This document shows positions 45,487 to 47,821 of a stretch of 47,821 nucleotides of DNA, one piece after another. Every line of letters begins with the position of its first letter. Within the stretch, counting starts at the first letter, position 1. Made by a program: the position numbers and the translations under genes. Origin of the DNA: Acidimicrobiales bacterium (GTDB lineage Bacteria > Actinomycetota > Acidimicrobiia > Acidimicrobiales > VFJN01); assembly GCA_046598435.1 (NCBI GenBank), contig JBKJIL010000093.1, positions 1 to 47,821 on the forward strand. The letters run 5' to 3'. Under the pieces are notes generated by a model. It had not been told where the DNA came from. It did no database searches and saw nothing but the letters and a program-made list of their open reading frames with translations.

Positions 45487-46257
45487 TCATCGCCGGGTTG
45501 CCGGGTTGTTCTGGCCCATCGCGGCCGGGAGGGCGTGTGCGGCCTCGAGAAGGCTCGGTCCGTACCAGGTCAGCAGGCGGCCGCTGACCAGCACGGACGG
45601 CACCCCACGGAACGCCTCCGGCCCGTCGTCGGCGGTGAACAGGTAGGGCTCGTCGGGCAGTACGGCCAGATCGTGCTCGGGCAGCGCGGTGGGATCGAAG
45701 CGCGGGTAGCGATCCGGGTCGGCTGCCAGCACATTGTCCACGCCGAGGCGGGCGAGCAGCGCGCCGGTGAACGTGTCGCTCCCGACGGCCATCCACGGCC
45801 TGCGCCAGATCGGGATCACCGCGCGACGCCGCACCACGGGCTCGGGCACCGCAGCCCAGGCCCGTTCGGCGTCGTCGAGCCATACCGGCAGGCCCAGCCC
45901 ACACGCCGCCAGCATCCGGGCAAGTGAGCCGAACGCGCCGTCGAGCGTGCGTATGTCGGTCACGTACACGGCGACGCCCGCGGCGCGCAGCGCGTCGAGA
46001 TCGGAGCGGCGGTTCTCCTCCTGGTTCGCGACTACGAGGTCCGGGGCGAGCGCGACGATCGCGGTGACGTCGGGGTTCTTCGTGCCACCGATCCGCGCCA
46101 CGTCGAGGAACCCGGGATGGGTGCACCATTCGGTGGCGCCCACGAGCAGCCCGGGCGCGGTCTGCGCCACCGCCTCGGTGAGCGACGGTACGATCGACAC
46201 GACTCGCCGCACCGTTGCCGGAACGGGTACCCGGCGCCCCTCATCGTCGATCACCAT
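45487..46257 (-). CDS. Helical-backbone metal receptor (BtuF/cobalamin-binding-like)
   Basis: [52 protein letters not shown]. Confidence 0.88.
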   Translation of the reverse strand: MVIDDEGRRVPVPATVRRVVSIVPSLTEAVAQTAPGLLVGATEWCTHPGFLDVARIGGTKNPDVTAIVALAPDLVVANQEENRRSDLDALRAAGVAVYVTDIRTLDGAFGSLARMLAACGLGLPVWLDDAERAWAAVPEPVVRRRAVIPIWRRPWMAVGSDTFTGALLARLGVDNVLAADPDRYPRFDPTALPEHDLAVLPDEPYLFTADDGPEAFRGVPSVLVSGRLLTWYGPSLLEAAHALPAAMGQNNPATRR

Positions 46258-46282
46258 GCGGTCGACCCTAGCCGGAGGACGC

Positions 46283-46957
46283 GTGAGTCATCCCCTCGAC
46301 AACGCGGCCTGGTCCTCGCTGGCCGGGCCCCACGCCGGGTTCGCGCAGCGGTACGGGCAGGCAATGCGATATCCCCCGGACGTCTCGCCGTTCGCGGCGT
46401 TGCCGGTGGACCCCGACGAGCAGGCGTGGCGCGATCTCGCCGCACTGGTCGGCCCCGGCGCGATCGTTGTCGTGTCCGGGCCGCCGCGGCCGGCGCCGGC
46501 CGGCTGGGTGACCGTGGGTCGGGACGCCGGCCTGCAGTTCGACGGCTCCGGGCTCGCCGTGCAGCCCGACCCCGCCGCGGAGGTGCTCGGCCCCGCCGAT
46601 GTGCCTGAGATGCTCGACCTGGTGGCCCGCACCCAGCCGGGGCCATTCGAGCCGCGCACCCACCTGATGGGCACCTACCTCGGGGTCCGTAGCGGCGGCG
46701 CGCTCGTCGCGATGGCGGGGGAACGGCTGCGGCCGTCGGGCTGGACGGAGATCAGCGGGGTCTGTACCGACCCGGCGCACCGCGGCCGCGGGCTCGCGGG
46801 CCGGCTGGTGCGCGCGGTCGGCGCGGTGATCCGGGAGCGCGGCGACGTCCCGTTCCTGCACACGGCCGCGTCCAACACCGCCGCCGTCCGGCTCTACGAG
46901 CACCTCGGCTTCACCCTGCGCCGTCACACGGAGTTCGCGGCGCTCCGCATCCCCTAG
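46283..46957 (+). CDS. GNAT acetyltransferase (FR47-like)
   Basis: HPLDNAAWSSL, PGPF, MAGERL, EISGVCTDPAHRGRGLA, PFLH, NTAAVRLYEHLGF. GGAGG RBS. Confidence 0.92.
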   Translation: MSHPLDNAAWSSLAGPHAGFAQRYGQAMRYPPDVSPFAALPVDPDEQAWRDLAALVGPGAIVVVSGPPRPAPAGWVTVGRDAGLQFDGSGLAVQPDPAAEVLGPADVPEMLDLVARTQPGPFEPRTHLMGTYLGVRSGGALVAMAGERLRPSGWTEISGVCTDPAHRGRGLAGRLVRAVGAVIRERGDVPFLHTAASNTAAVRLYEHLGFTLRRHTEFAALRIP

Positions 46958-47074
46958 ATCAGCCCACCACGATGCGCCCCACGACCGGCCCGCCGTACAC
47001 CTGGTGAATCCATTCGAGGTGTGATCAGGCCTCGGCGCGGCGTGCGCCAGTTCGCGGCGGCCCGTGCGGGGACC

Positions 47075-47821
47075 TCACATGTTGCGGCGGTACTGGCCGC
47101 CCACCTCGAAGAACGCGTCGGTCAGCTGGCCCAGTGAGCACACGCGGGCGGCGGCGATCAGCTCGTCGAACACGTTGCCGTCGCCCGTCGCAATGTCCTG
47201 CAGGCGCTTGATGGCAGCCTCGGCCGCGCCCTCGTGGCGGGACTGGAAGTCGGCGAGCCGGTCGAGCTGGCTCTGCTTCTCGGCCTCGGTGGCCCGGGCG
47301 AGCTCGATCTCCCTGGGCACGTCGTCCGAGTCCGGCTTGACGAAGGTGTTGACCCCGATGATGGGCAGCGTCCCGTCGTGCTTGCGGTGCTCGTAGCGCA
47401 TCGACTCGTCCTGGATCCGGCCGCGCTGGTAGCCGGTCTCCATCGCGCCCAGCACGCCGCCGCGGTCGCCGATCGCGTCGAACTCCGCGAGCACTGCCTC
47501 CTCGACGAGGTCGGTGAGCTCGTCGATGATGAAGGAACCCTGCATCGGGTTCTCGTTCATCGACAGGCCCCACTCGCGATTGATGATCAGCTGGATCGCC
47601 ATCGCGCGCCGCACCGATTCCTCGGTGGGGGTGGTGACGGCCTCGTCGTAGGCGTTGGTGTGCAGCGAGTTCGCGTTGTCGTAGATCGCGATCAGGGCCT
47701 GCAGCGTGGTGCGGATGTCGTTGAAGTCCATCTCCTGCGCGTGCAGGGAGCGGCCCGAGGTCTGCACGTGGTACTTCAGCTTCTGCGAGCGCTCCGCGGC
47801 GCCGTACTTGTCCTTCATCGC
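47075..47821 (-). CDS. icmF: Fused isobutyryl-CoA mutase/GTPase, C-terminal part (5' end outside the window)
   Basis: [59 protein letters not shown], terminal VGGQYRRNM. Confidence 0.9.
   Translation of the reverse strand, partial: AMKDKYGAAERSQKLKYHVQTSGRSLHAQEMDFNDIRTTLQALIAIYDNANSLHTNAYDEAVTTPTEESVRRAMAIQLIINREWGLSMNENPMQGSFIIDELTDLVEEAVLAEFDAIGDRGGVLGAMETGYQRGRIQDESMRYEHRKHDGTLPIIGVNTFVKPDSDDVPREIELARATEAEKQSQLDRLADFQSRHEGAAEAAIKRLQDIATGDGNVFDELIAAARVCSLGQLTDAFFEVGGQYRRNM

Overview
High-GC actinobacterial DNA. Positions 1 to ~43.3 kb read like a gene-dense Acidimicrobiia-type chromosome (inferred from gene families). It carries a heterodimeric ABC exporter, a split ArgZ-like arginine-to-proline pair, acyl-CoA dehydrogenases, rnhB, two paralogous OmpR-type two-component systems, a Tat phosphoesterase, PPK2, a RIO1 kinase, a GH38 mannosidase, an adenylate cyclase, gpsA, cofC, WS/DGAT and PIN-PhoH. 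The last ~4.5 kb follows a truncated gene and looks different (possibly a horizontal-transfer or assembly junction), ending in the 3' end of icmF. I found no rRNA, tRNA, CRISPR array, transposase or integrase. The most striking unexplained structure is two separate solo wHTH(AbiEi-like)/DUF559-type nuclease genes (6296-7243 and 43505-44410). Each is bracketed on both sides by its own family of long palindromes with conserved geometry, and neither has a toxin partner. This is a candidate REP/RAYT-like nuclease-plus-palindrome system. Other leads: a 13-codon leader ORF before the RIO1 kinase, an FGGY pseudokinase, a CATASP-like membrane protein and a GNAT remnant cut at a palindrome edge. All family calls come from motif recognition by eye; no database searches were run.
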